A stretch of 64,000 nucleotides of DNA from Methanothrix sp. (GTDB taxonomy: Archaea; Halobacteriota; Methanosarcinia; Methanotrichales; Methanotrichaceae), in contig JBFYLJ010000214.1 in assembly GCA_041305465.1 (NCBI GenBank), positions 45-64,044 on the forward strand. The letters run 5' to 3'. This document shows, one piece after another, positions 17,533 to 27,470 of the stretch. The translations under genes were made by a program, and so were the position numbers. Numbering within the stretch: the stretch's first letter is position 1; each line of letters starts with the position of its first letter. Under the pieces are notes generated by a model, which made no database searches, was not told the origin of the DNA, and saw nothing but the letters and a program-made list of their open reading frames with translations.

Positions 17533-17832
17533 GTGGAGGAGTTGAAATTGGCGGTTTATAAAATAAGATGTGAAGTAATCAGCATCGTAGGAGACAAAGA
17601 AAAGTGCATAGGTGCGGCAAAAATGAAAAAAGGCGATAATTTCGTTTTTGAAGCCAGAACGCCTGAAGGCATGTGTGTACGAGCATTCAATGCAATCTTT
17701 CCTTCAGCCTTCGCGATGAGATATAGCGATAAAATGCCCTGGGAAAAAGGCGAGGGTTATGCGGATGTAACCTGCCCGGATGGCGATATAGTCGTTCGGT
17801 TAAGTCGTATTAAAGAACCATTACAGGTTTGA
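17533..17832 (+). CDS. TIGR04076-family protein
   Basis: C....K.GD.F....PEGMC..AF....P...CPDG; the true start may be TTG 17548 after GGAGGAG. Confidence 0.8.
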   Translation: MEELKLAVYKIRCEVISIVGDKEKCIGAAKMKKGDNFVFEARTPEGMCVRAFNAIFPSAFAMRYSDKMPWEKGEGYADVTCPDGDIVVRLSRIKEPLQV

Positions 17833-17896
17833 TGCAAAAATCGTACTATCCCCTTTTTTATTGAATTGGGATTTTGCCAATTAAAGATCTGACAGA

Positions 17897-18790
17897 TTAA
17901 GAGACAAGATATACTCCTACCACAATCAAGAGAATGGCGATCGTCTTCAGGGCTACTGTCTTCCTGTCCAACTCTTCTTGCAGGATTCCTGGAACAAACA
18001 GTCCCAGGAGAACGACATAGATCAGAGTTATAAAGGGCTGAAGAGCGGCCACGCTGGAGACCAGGGCTACCGATCCGGCGGCATAGGCGAAGATGAAGGC
18101 ACCTCTTCCCAGGAAGTCGAAGAGTTCGTCAGCCAGGAGAGCTGAGAGCAGAAACGGACCGCGACTGAAATATGCGGCAAACTCGCTACGCACAGGCTCG
18201 CGATACAGAACCGGCAACACGGCCAGCAGACTGCCCAGAGACGACCAGAGAATCAAATGCCATTCATTCATGAAAGCGAGCAGGTATTTGGCAGCCAGGG
18301 CATAGGCTGCAGAAAATATCCAAAATACTGCCATGTACTTTAGAGCCGGAGAGATGATAGCAGGGCTGCCGCGCTCTGCAGGCCGGTAGGATATTAATAA
18401 GGCGCTGCAGACCAGCAGAGCGCCTCCTGCATAATCTTCGGCTGAAAGAGTCTCTCCTAATAAGAGAAAAGCGCCCAGGAAGACGAAGACGGGAAAGACG
18501 TATACCATGGCTGCCACTCTGCTCGTCTCCTCCACATGAAGGGCCAGCAGGTAGGCCGACCAGAGGACCACCTGGCAGCTGCCTGCCGCCATGGCGTAAA
18601 AGGTCTGGGGGTAGACAAATCCCCATCCCAAGTAGAATGGGATGACTGCGATAAGCATCTGCTGCATTACCACCAGTGCTGCCAGGTAGGCCAGAGGATT
18701 GTGCACATACTTGCTCAGGATGAACTTGTCGATAATCCCGGTAACGGCAAGAGCAGACGCGCCCAATACAGAGAGGAAAAACCAGTCCAC
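17897..18790 (-). CDS. EamA/DMT family transporter
   Basis: About 10 TM segments in two repeats; PVFV...FLLLGETL motif. Confidence 0.85.
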   Translation of the reverse strand: MDWFFLSVLGASALAVTGIIDKFILSKYVHNPLAYLAALVVMQQMLIAVIPFYLGWGFVYPQTFYAMAAGSCQVVLWSAYLLALHVEETSRVAAMVYVFPVFVFLGAFLLLGETLSAEDYAGGALLVCSALLISYRPAERGSPAIISPALKYMAVFWIFSAAYALAAKYLLAFMNEWHLILWSSLGSLLAVLPVLYREPVRSEFAAYFSRGPFLLSALLADELFDFLGRGAFIFAYAAGSVALVSSVAALQPFITLIYVVLLGLFVPGILQEELDRKTVALKTIAILLIVVGVYLVS

Positions 18791-18969
18791 AATTGCTACT
18801 CGGGACGGATGAAAGTTATAGCTTTCGCGTCAGTTAAATTTATATAAGTTAGGCCAAAACCTTCTTTTTATGTCGAAGCTCATGATTTCTATTCTTTGTC
18901 CAGAGCACGGCAATGGTGTATCCTTAGATGCATCTATGAAACATCCCGGCCTGTAATCCCAATCCGGTC

Positions 18970-19395
18970 TTGAATTGGATTGGGTGCTATGTGTCTTATC
19001 GCTGTGCAGCAGTATCGAATTTTGAAAGCCAGATCACAAATCAAGGGCTCGAAAGATTGGTCCGTATAAGCTCCATTTGTCCTCAAAACTTCAAGGACTC
19101 AACAAGTTGGTTGCCGCGCTTAAGCGGTATGATAAAAAGCGGCCTAACTCTTTCGGGAAACAGGAAAATGATAGAACAAATTGGAAGAAGAACATTGAGA
19201 GAGTATTTGAATATTGAAGTCGTCCCAGCATGCCTGGGTAGGTTGGAGGCTCTTGAGTCCCCGATTAAATCCATTGAGTGCCTGGTTAAAAGTGGGCTTA
19301 GTTATGCGAATGCATTCATGGTTGAGGGATTGCTTGCGCTGGGCGCAGGTATCGGAATAAGCCTGGTGGCAATTCTTATCAGGGCAGGATGGTAG
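18970..19395 (+). other. Hypothetical ORF or degraded gene with hydrophobic C-terminus
   Basis: 141-aa ORF with no recognisable family; upstream CIYETSRP in another frame hints at a decayed Cys-cluster protein. Confidence 0.25.
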
Positions 19396-19611
19396 CCTTG
19401 GAAAGCAAAGCAGACTCCTTTGGATCTTCCTGCGGGCAGAAGAGCCAGGGTAAAATCGGTGGAGATGATGATCGCAGGAAGTGGGCTGGAGTTGGCGCGA
19501 CTGAAAAGCCAATCATCACCCCACTTTTTAAGAGAGATGTCTTGTTGGAGCAACGCATTGATATGAGGCAAATTACCATCCACAAATGATGGCCAATTGT
19601 CTCATCAACAA

Positions 19612-19802
19612 TTAGCCTTTCCAAAGATTCCTCAATGGAATTGCTGCAAGAACTATCCATATCAGCCCATACCAATACCATTCCATACTTAGCAAAGGTG
19701 GCCAGAGTTTTGCGATCATCAGCACAAAAGCAGCAACCGCAATTTTTGTTAAACCCATGTAAGCCCATCTATTTTGTTGTTAGCCCACTCATTAAAACTC
19801 AT
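19612..19802 (-). pseudogene. Frameshifted small two-TM membrane protein
   Basis: N-part MSFNEWANNKIDGLTW (from 19802) and C-part MGLTKIAVAAFVLMIAKLWPPLLSMEWYWYGLIWIVLAAIPLRNLWKG* (19758-19612) lie in different frames and join at ACATGG. Confidence 0.6.
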
Positions 19803-19917
19803 ATTTTTATTTTTAGCAATAATGCTTTATATAGCTTGTTCACTGCAACTAATATCATCTGGATCAAGTGACGAGGGACTGAGTTCATTTTTGAAAATAT
19901 ACTTTATATTATTTAAC

Positions 19918-20463
19918 TCACAATTCATTTGCTAAATTCTTCGAATAATCTAGTCTAATCCTGATCACCGGCATGTCTCTTGTCTTCTCCAACACCACCT
20001 CATCTGCTGCTGTCTTTGGATCAAATCCGTACATGGTGCGATTAAGGCCGCTTGCCAGCAGGATCTGCTTGATTGCCCTCAGCTTCTCCTGAGAATCACA
20101 AACCTCTTCACCTTTCCCGGAAAAGCGACCCTCCGGCAGGAGCACCTCAACCTTGGGATTTGCCAGAAGGTTCAGATACCACTGCCCTTTCATCTCTTTT
20201 CCCTGGTAGCAGTAGATATTCAGTCCGTTACGGGCATAGCTTACTGGAGTATAGCGAACCTTTCCCGTCCTTCTGCCCGCAATGCCAAGCACCATGACGT
20301 CTCCTGTAATGGAGTTAGATATGATCCGCCCCCAGCCTGTCTGAAACGCCGGTACAACAATAAATCGGTTGATAAACCGGAAGAATGCTCTTAGAACCGA
20401 TCTCTTATCCATTGGAATCTTCCTTCTGATCATGCAGTCTTTATGTTTATTCTTTATGTTCAT
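19918..20463 (-). CDS. Deazaflavin (F420)-dependent nitroreductase-family oxidoreductase
   Basis: GRRTGK.R.TPV.Y and WYLNL.ANP.VEV motifs; start may be further downstream. Confidence 0.85.
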   Translation of the reverse strand: MNIKNKHKDCMIRRKIPMDKRSVLRAFFRFINRFIVVPAFQTGWGRIISNSITGDVMVLGIAGRRTGKVRYTPVSYARNGLNIYCYQGKEMKGQWYLNLLANPKVEVLLPEGRFSGKGEEVCDSQEKLRAIKQILLASGLNRTMYGFDPKTAADEVVLEKTRDMPVIRIRLDYSKNLANEL

Positions 20464-20503
20464 AGCGATACTATTATTTCAGTTTAGCCTCCAAGGAAAG
20501 AAA

Positions 20504-20986
20504 ATGCAGATTGCAGTTGTGGGCGGGGGAGTATGCAGCCCAGAAGTTAGGGATACGGCTAAAAGGCTTGGTCAGATCATTGCTTCGCATGGCCACGTTC
20601 TCATTTGCGGTGGCCTGGGCGGCGTGATGGAGGCTGCCTGCTGCGGGGCTCGAGAGGCAGGAGGCCTTTGCGTCGGCATACTTCCCGGCGAGAAGCAAGA
20701 GGCAAATTCGTGTGTGGATGTGGCAATTGCTACAGGCATGGGTCACGCGAGAAATGCGATAATTGTGAATAGCGCCGATTTGGTAATAGCTCTGCCTGGT
20801 GAAATGGGCACTCTTTCCGAGATGGCCTTAGCCATGAAGATGAATAAGCCTGTCATAAGTCTGAATAGCTGGGAAATTTGCGGCGCTTTTCAGGCAGTAG
20901 ATCCAGAAGAGCTAGGGGATTTGCTGGACAAAATAGATCTCGGCCAAAAAGAGCAGAATATGAATAGATCGCTATATTTCTTTTGA
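20504..20986 (+). CDS. TIGR00725 family Rossmann-fold (LOG-like) protein
   Basis: MQIAVVGG, CGGLGGVMEAAC.GA, GILPG, ARN, GTLSE. Confidence 0.9.
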   Translation: MQIAVVGGGVCSPEVRDTAKRLGQIIASHGHVLICGGLGGVMEAACCGAREAGGLCVGILPGEKQEANSCVDVAIATGMGHARNAIIVNSADLVIALPGEMGTLSEMALAMKMNKPVISLNSWEICGAFQAVDPEELGDLLDKIDLGQKEQNMNRSLYFF

Positions 20987-20991
20987 GCATC

Positions 20992-21252
20992 GGTTCTCTC
21001 CAGCTATCAGCAGCATGTCCTGTCTGCAAGGCAGATGAGCGGCTGGGGCGGAATGCTCTCCTTTGAGGCAAAAGGCGGAGTAAAGGCGGGTCGCAATCTT
21101 ATGAGCAACCTCAATTTATGATCCATGCAGTTATGCCAAAAGAGATGAGAGAGGATGGAGATCTCCGACGGCCTGGTCGAGGGTCTCAGTTGGGCATTGA
21201 GGACAAAGAGGATATCTTGGCAGACTTTTCCCAGAGGCTGGACATGATTTGA
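20992..21252 (+). pseudogene. C-terminal remnant of a PLP-dependent transsulfuration enzyme (cystathionine gamma-synthase / methionine gamma-lyase family)
   Basis: LSSYQQHVLSARQMSGWGGMLSFEAKGG...HAVMPKEMRE...GIEDKEDILADFSQRL* matches the family's RQMSGFGGMLSFE and VGIED..D...DL.QAL motifs; the SLG-HPASMT segment is deleted and there are frameshifts. Confidence 0.8.
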
Positions 21253-21272
21253 AAATATAAAAAAAAAAGAAT

Positions 21273-23084
21273 CTATTTAGTTTGTTTTTCCCGAATATAA
21301 GCGATAGGGTCTTCTGATGATGTGAGATTTACCGTTTCGCCGGTATATTTGACCCCTGCAATCTCTCGCAGAGATGGGAGATCATATACTCTCGGACCAT
21401 ACTGGTACTGTGCATACTCAAGCCACCAATCAGGATATCCAATGTTCTCTATCGTCTTATTCTGAACATCGTTATACTGCCCGTTGCGATAGGCCACAAC
21501 CAGTTTTTCAAAGAGAATCTTCCAGCTCTCGAGGTTTTCCATCGCTGTGGCATTCGTATAATTTGTCAGAAATTCATGGGCCAAGAGTTCATCTTTTTTA
21601 TGCAGATCCATAGCCTGCTGCTCAATATCAGCCTGCCGGGAGAGTGCACTGCTCTCGAGGCGCACCTGTTCTGCCTTAATGACCGGTATCGTCTCCACAT
21701 ACATCAACCTGGCCCAGTTCTGCACGATCTCAAAAGGCCAGAATGCTGTATCAAAGTCAAGATCCCAGTGCGATCCGTTCAGATATGGAGCAGGAAGCTT
21801 TGTTATGCCTGCATAAAATGGTGCGTAGCATGTCTCAGCAGGTGAAGAAAGCCCAAGCCAGCATACCCCGCCAATAGAGTCAGGCAGCCAATCTCTTGCC
21901 TGGGCTACATAAGAGTAGCCGCATGGATCGGTGGAGATTGGCCTGGGCCAGGCTCCCGGCTTGAGTTCACCCGGATACAACCGGTCATGCTCATCAAATG
22001 GTCCCCATTTTCTGTATGGATCACCGAACGGCCCACCCGCAGGCGGCGCAGTCAGATCAAACTTCGTACCCTCGTAATGATCCCGGTAGAGATTAAACGC
22101 CTCTGTGATATTGATCGGCCTATCCGGGACTATCGAGAAGGGGTAGGCTGTGGTGAAAGGTCCTTCTACATAAGGAGACAGATTTTTTGATGGTGCAATT
22201 CGGTCGAAGATGCGCCAAACACGACCAAGGGAATAATATGGATGGGAATACTCACCAGCGCTGAAGGTTGCAGTCCAGTCAAGCCGGCCATCGCTGCGAT
22301 TCCACCATCCCATCGTCTCAGCATCACTAAAGAGATTTTTAGAAAACATCAAGTCGGTATTATTGGTTTCATTAGCATCGATTTCTCTGATTCGAAACTC
22401 GTTGGCAGCAACGAAAACCTGACCATCAGGAACGCGCTGTGCCGCCCAATATCCACCAGTACCTGATGGAGTCCCTCCGCACATCTCTATAACCCAGACA
22501 TCATTTGGGTCTGCAAAGATCAGCGTCTCCCCAGTTCCGTAGTAACCGTGCTCTTCGATGAGCGATCCTACCAGTTCGACTGCCTCTTTGGCAGTCCTGC
22601 ATCTCTCCATTGCGATGTTTGACAGCTCCGAACTGTAGAGTATCCGCTTGCCCTGCTCTGCATCTGGGTGGATCTTCGCATAATCCGTACACTCTCCCGA
22701 AATAAGCTGATGTTCATTCATCATCCCATATGAGCCGCTAAGGTAGCTATATGTATGATTCACCTGATCCACATAGCCAATGATAATATTCTCATATTCT
22801 GATGCCTCGCCGCTTCCACTGAATTCTCCGCCGCTGCTTGGATCATAAAGAATGGGACGTTTTGATCCTGGTGTGAAATTCTGAGCAGGAACAAAGGAGA
22901 ACGCCACAGCATCCTCTCGGATGGTGGTGCCAATCTCTCCCGGTCCAAAGCCATCGTTGCTGTGTCCCACAAAGACTGACCCATCGGATGAAGCTGATTT
23001 GGTTATGCCAAATGTTGTGCATCCAAACGCTGGAATGGAAATAGCCAAAGTGATGCAGACTGCACAAAATATTCTAGCCAACAC
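21273..23084 (-). CDS. Secreted C69-family dipeptidase
   Basis: Signal peptide then N-terminal nucleophile CTT; MNEHQL..GE, LGRVWR, RDHYEGT. Confidence 0.88.
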   Translation of the reverse strand: MLARIFCAVCITLAISIPAFGCTTFGITKSASSDGSVFVGHSNDGFGPGEIGTTIREDAVAFSFVPAQNFTPGSKRPILYDPSSGGEFSGSGEASEYENIIIGYVDQVNHTYSYLSGSYGMMNEHQLISGECTDYAKIHPDAEQGKRILYSSELSNIAMERCRTAKEAVELVGSLIEEHGYYGTGETLIFADPNDVWVIEMCGGTPSGTGGYWAAQRVPDGQVFVAANEFRIREIDANETNNTDLMFSKNLFSDAETMGWWNRSDGRLDWTATFSAGEYSHPYYSLGRVWRIFDRIAPSKNLSPYVEGPFTTAYPFSIVPDRPINITEAFNLYRDHYEGTKFDLTAPPAGGPFGDPYRKWGPFDEHDRLYPGELKPGAWPRPISTDPCGYSYVAQARDWLPDSIGGVCWLGLSSPAETCYAPFYAGITKLPAPYLNGSHWDLDFDTAFWPFEIVQNWARLMYVETIPVIKAEQVRLESSALSRQADIEQQAMDLHKKDELLAHEFLTNYTNATAMENLESWKILFEKLVVAYRNGQYNDVQNKTIENIGYPDWWLEYAQYQYGPRVYDLPSLREIAGVKYTGETVNLTSSEDPIAYIREKQTK

Positions 23085-23159
23085 AGATATCTTTGGGTTA
23101 TATTGTTTGATATCAATCCCTCCTATTCTTCAAACAGATTTAGATTTATCACAATACCC

Positions 23160-24089
23160 TCAGAGCTCATCTCTCCCTTTAGGAGCGCTCTCGGTTGTGC
23201 TGTTTATCTTCTTGACCTTTGCCAGACGGGCTTTGGTGGCCTTGATGGAGCCGGCCAGGTTGGAGGCGGCCTCCTCCGGGCTATTACAATCATTACAGAC
23301 CGTTTCGGGGACGGCAGAGACAAGACCTGCCTCAAGGTCTATGTTCATTGTGAGATAGCTGTTATTGGAATATCTGTAGACCAGTTCTACGGGTCTGCTC
23401 AGTGGCGAGACGGAATTGAACATCAGGCCGGATCTAATGGTCTCATTTTGCACTAGCACCTTTTCGGGCATGCCCTTCTTTCCATAGTTATCATACTCTT
23501 TGCTCTCATACTTCCAGCCCCATTGGTCTTTCAATGTAAAGTTATTGGCATCAAGGACAAGTTTTCCCGTGCCGTTATTGGTAACCGCCACATCCAATTC
23601 GATCGTCTTCTTATTGGAGTATACACTGGACCGGAGCACTCCGTAATAGAGCATGGTTACATTTGCGTTGCTGGTGTTGACAAGCTCGGGAAAACGAAGT
23701 GAGAACTGCTCTCCTCCCCTTTTATCCGAAGATAAATCTATGGTCAGGCTCTTGGCAATAGTCTCTCTCGGGACGACAAAACCAATCAACCGGCGACCTG
23801 GCTGCAACTCTTTTATATTTTGAGCACTGGCCTGAAAGACCCGGTCGTTTCCATCGGTCAGGCTATAGGTGGCACGAATTGGCTCTCTATCGCTTTCGTT
23901 TAATCTGGTCAGCCGTGTGTCCACAACCATGACTGAGTACGAGTCGGAATAAGTGGTCCCGGTAAACCCTGGGTCCTTGAAGGAGCCGAAGATGGTGCAG
24001 TTAACGACACCATTGCTCATTTGCAGAGGATAATCTTGGGCGATTCCCGGTAATAGGATCATGAACAGTGTCATAGCCAGCCATTTCAT
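23160..24089 (-). CDS. Secreted DUF4352-like Ig-fold protein (paralogue 1)
   Basis: Signal peptide; V.VTNNGT..L....NFTLKDQWGWKY; C-terminal GSIKATKARL. Confidence 0.7.
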   Translation of the reverse strand: MKWLAMTLFMILLPGIAQDYPLQMSNGVVNCTIFGSFKDPGFTGTTYSDSYSVMVVDTRLTRLNESDREPIRATYSLTDGNDRVFQASAQNIKELQPGRRLIGFVVPRETIAKSLTIDLSSDKRGGEQFSLRFPELVNTSNANVTMLYYGVLRSSVYSNKKTIELDVAVTNNGTGKLVLDANNFTLKDQWGWKYESKEYDNYGKKGMPEKVLVQNETIRSGLMFNSVSPLSRPVELVYRYSNNSYLTMNIDLEAGLVSAVPETVCNDCNSPEEAASNLAGSIKATKARLAKVKKINSTTESAPKGRDEL

Positions 24090-24274
24090 CTATAACATAC
24101 CTCCGATGTTATGATATATTCTTTTGGGTGCTTTTCCTTTGGTCTATGCCTCGAATGGATTGATAAGTAACATCGGTCCAACCGATGTTATTTATCAATC
24201 TTGGTGCATTAAAAGAATGCTGCACGCTTTTGGTGGGTGCAGACAATCACCCCCAAGAGCCGCTTGCCATGGCT

Positions 24275-25291
24275 TCAGGCGGAAATGCTCGATGTGCTAT
24301 TCGAGGCATTGCTTGATATGCTGGCGTTTTCATTTGTGTCCGGTGTCTTTTTATCCAGACTCTCCTTGGTGGCCTCGAGACGCGCCTTGCTGGCAGCTAG
24401 TTTATCCTTGATAGAGCTGCCAATCTTGGCAGTTGCATTCTCTTTGGCCGCAGGCTGCACGGTCTCGCTTGGTGCTGTCTGATCAGCTACGGTCTGATCC
24501 GAGGCGGGCGGGGCGACTGTTGGCAGAGGCTCGGCTGGAGCTGCGCTCTTTGCGGCATTGGCGCCGTAGACCGTCTCATCCGAGAGGGGTACGTAGTCTC
24601 GCTCAAACTCTATGACAATCTGTTCCGGCATCATGTAGTCATAAGCCAGCGCGGCAGGACGGCTAAGAAGCGAGACACCTGTAAAGCCCAGCTTGACACG
24701 ATCGGAGGTGGCATTTTGCGGACCGACGATCTCCGGATCAAAACCAAGGGTGGGACGATAGGGCCAGCCCCAATGGTCCAATAATGTGAAGTTCTCCGGG
24801 CTTACAATAATGTTCTTGGTGCCGTTATTCTGCACGCGGACCTGAACTACTATCGCCTGTTCATCGGAATTGACCAGCCAGTCTGTGATTCCATAATACC
24901 TTATAATCAAGTTATTGTTGCTGCCTTTGGGTGTTGCCCACCAGTTGATGTAAATGGGCGCGCCCCCTTTTGGTGTCACATTGATGAGTTTGAAGAGGCG
25001 ATCGTTGCTGGTGAGGAAGAAGATTGTCTGTTTTCCTGAAGAGAGCGGCTTGTACAGGCCGGCCGTGTAGATAATATTATCCGCATCCACCAGTTGATAT
25101 GTGGCATTCTCAGCTCCCATGAGACCGACATCAACCTTTACGATTTCATGGGTGGCGTTTTCATCTTCCAGAGGCGTCCTGCTAGCTCCGAAGAGCACCA
25201 CAGTCGCGTTTGCATCGCTGCCTTGCAGCGGCACGGCCTGGGCCATGCCGAAGGCCAAGACCAGCAGAAGGGCTAGAACAATTAATTTCAT
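24275..25291 (-). CDS. Secreted DUF4352-like Ig-fold protein (paralogue 2)
   Basis: Start MKLIVLALL after a GGGGT RBS-like motif; V.VQNNGT...NFTLLDHWGWPY; C-terminal GSSIK..LAASKARL. Confidence 0.7.
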   Translation of the reverse strand: MKLIVLALLLVLAFGMAQAVPLQGSDANATVVLFGASRTPLEDENATHEIVKVDVGLMGAENATYQLVDADNIIYTAGLYKPLSSGKQTIFFLTSNDRLFKLINVTPKGGAPIYINWWATPKGSNNNLIIRYYGITDWLVNSDEQAIVVQVRVQNNGTKNIIVSPENFTLLDHWGWPYRPTLGFDPEIVGPQNATSDRVKLGFTGVSLLSRPAALAYDYMMPEQIVIEFERDYVPLSDETVYGANAAKSAAPAEPLPTVAPPASDQTVADQTAPSETVQPAAKENATAKIGSSIKDKLAASKARLEATKESLDKKTPDTNENASISSNASNSTSSISA

Positions 25292-25439
25292 CTGAATACC
25301 CCCGTTATATCTATTGTCTGCATTTGCCATTCAATTATATACATTTTATCCAAGAACTCACCTGTAATAAGTCCAGTTATATGACAGGCTGGGAAACCTA
25401 TATCTGCCTGTTTCATCATAGCAGGATCGGTGTTCTAGA

Positions 25440-27458
25440 TTGTCATCGCCTATCCTTGTAACCTGCGGCCTGCCCTATGCCAATGGCCCCTGTCATTTAG
25501 GCCATTTGAGAACTTATGTACCTGCGGACATCTTTGTTCGAGGATTGAAAAAGATGGGCAAAGACGTGCTCTTCGTATGCGGCTCGGACGCCCATGGAAC
25601 CCCCATCGTGGTCAATGCCGAAGGCCTGGGAATGACGCCCAAAGCGCTCGTAGCCAGATACCACCAGCACTTTGACGAGGTCTTCAAAGGTATGGGTGTC
25701 GATTTCGACTTCTTCGGGGACACTGACGATCCTGCTTGCCACAATCGCACGCAAGATATGGTCCGTGCCCTCATGGACGGGGGATACGTCTATTCCAAAG
25801 AGATCGAGCTTGCTTTCTGCCCTAAATGCGAGCGCTTCTTGCCTGATAGATATGTAGAGGGAGAGTGTCCCTACTGCGGAAAGCCTGCTCGCGGCGACGA
25901 ATGCGACATGGGCTGCGGTCGCCATCTGGAACCGGGGGAGATCAAAAATGCAGTCTGCAAGGTTTGCGGCGGGAAAGCAGAATATAGAAAACAAATCCAT
26001 TATTTCTTTAAGCTCTCTATGTTCAAGGATTTTCTCCTCTCGTACCTTGAGACATTGGGAGGAACAGCATCAGCTCGCAATTATGCTATCGAGTGGGTTC
26101 GACAGGAGCTGAAGGATTGGTGCATAACCCGCAATATGGCTTGGGGCGTCAAGTTTCCGGGACATGAGGACCTGGTGGTTTACGTCTGGGTGGATGCTCC
26201 CATCGGCTACATTGCCTTTACTGAGGAGTGGTGCGCCAAGAACGGTCGGGACTGGCAGGATTATTGGAAGAATGGGGCCAAGATCGTGCACTTCATCGGC
26301 GGGGATATCGTCTATCATCACTGCATCTTCTGGCCTGCCATGCTCAAAGGAGCTGGCTACACATTGCCAACGGCTGTAGTTGCCAGCGGCATGCTAAAGA
26401 TAGACGACAAGAAATTTTCCAAATCACGGGGCAATGTCATCTGGGTTAAAGACGATTATCTGGAAAAGGGCATTCATCCTGATCTGCTGCGCTACTATCT
26501 GGCCAGTTACACAGCTCACAACAAAGAGGTCAACTTCGCCTGGAAGATCTTTGCCGATAAGGTAAACACCGAGCTTGTGGGCGCGCTTGGAAACTTCATA
26601 AACCGTGCTCTGACATTCACAGTGAAGAACTTTGAGGGTCATGTTCCGCGAGGTGAAATTGACCAAGAGGTCATGGCAAGGATAAGCCAGACATTAAACG
26701 AAGTTGCAGCAGACCTGGAAGAGTACGAGTTCAAGAAAGCCATAGACAGCGTGATGACTCTGGCGGACTACGGCAATATCTACTTCCAGAGTCATGAGCC
26801 CTGGAAGCTGGTAAAGAGCGATAAGGCCGCTGCTGGCGCCGTGCTGAGAAGCTGCTTGCAGATCGCCAAGGCGCTGGTCATCTTCATTCAGCCGGTAATG
26901 CCCACAAAGATGGAAGCTGCCTGGAAGCAGTTGGGCCTGGAGGATTCAGTGGCGGAAAAAACTTTCCAGGAGGCTATGGTTCCTCTGGCCGAGGATGGCC
27001 AGCTCGGCACTCCCGAGATACTCTTCTCACGCATGGAAGAAGCATTCGTCAAGGAGCTTGACACCATCTTTCGAGAGAGGGTAGAAAAAGCCGACATAAA
27101 GGGGAAGGCAGCGGAAAAAGCAGAAGAAAAGAAGGGTGAGATCTCTTTTGAGGAGTTTGGATCATTAGACCTTCGTATCGGCGAAATTAAGGAGGCGGGC
27201 CCCATTAAAGGCTCAAAGAAGCTGCTCAAGCTTCAGGTTGATATTGGAGACGAGATTCGTCAGGTGGTGGCAGGCATTGCGGGTGCCTACTCTGCAGAGG
27301 AGCTGGTAGGCACGCAGGTGGTAGTCTTGACCAATCTCAAGCCGACCAAGCTCTTTGGCGTCGAGTCGCAAGCCATGCTCCTGGCTGCGGATGCTTCCGG
27401 CAAGGCCGTGCTGCTCCGACCTCGTGAATTTGTGGAAATGGGAACTAAGGTAAGGTAG
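25440..27458 (+). CDS. metG: Methionine--tRNA ligase
   Basis: LPYANGP.HLGH, zinc knuckle, [16 protein letters not shown]-terminal tRNA-binding domain. Confidence 0.97.
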   Translation: MSSPILVTCGLPYANGPCHLGHLRTYVPADIFVRGLKKMGKDVLFVCGSDAHGTPIVVNAEGLGMTPKALVARYHQHFDEVFKGMGVDFDFFGDTDDPACHNRTQDMVRALMDGGYVYSKEIELAFCPKCERFLPDRYVEGECPYCGKPARGDECDMGCGRHLEPGEIKNAVCKVCGGKAEYRKQIHYFFKLSMFKDFLLSYLETLGGTASARNYAIEWVRQELKDWCITRNMAWGVKFPGHEDLVVYVWVDAPIGYIAFTEEWCAKNGRDWQDYWKNGAKIVHFIGGDIVYHHCIFWPAMLKGAGYTLPTAVVASGMLKIDDKKFSKSRGNVIWVKDDYLEKGIHPDLLRYYLASYTAHNKEVNFAWKIFADKVNTELVGALGNFINRALTFTVKNFEGHVPRGEIDQEVMARISQTLNEVAADLEEYEFKKAIDSVMTLADYGNIYFQSHEPWKLVKSDKAAAGAVLRSCLQIAKALVIFIQPVMPTKMEAAWKQLGLEDSVAEKTFQEAMVPLAEDGQLGTPEILFSRMEEAFVKELDTIFRERVEKADIKGKAAEKAEEKKGEISFEEFGSLDLRIGEIKEAGPIKGSKKLLKLQVDIGDEIRQVVAGIAGAYSAEELVGTQVVVLTNLKPTKLFGVESQAMLLAADASGKAVLLRPREFVEMGTKVR

Positions 27459-27470
27459 GAGGTTTTTATT

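Noticed and set aside
19379-19768. 129-aa Cys-containing minus-strand ORF
   Set aside because: A different frame of the same strand gives the convincing membrane protein.
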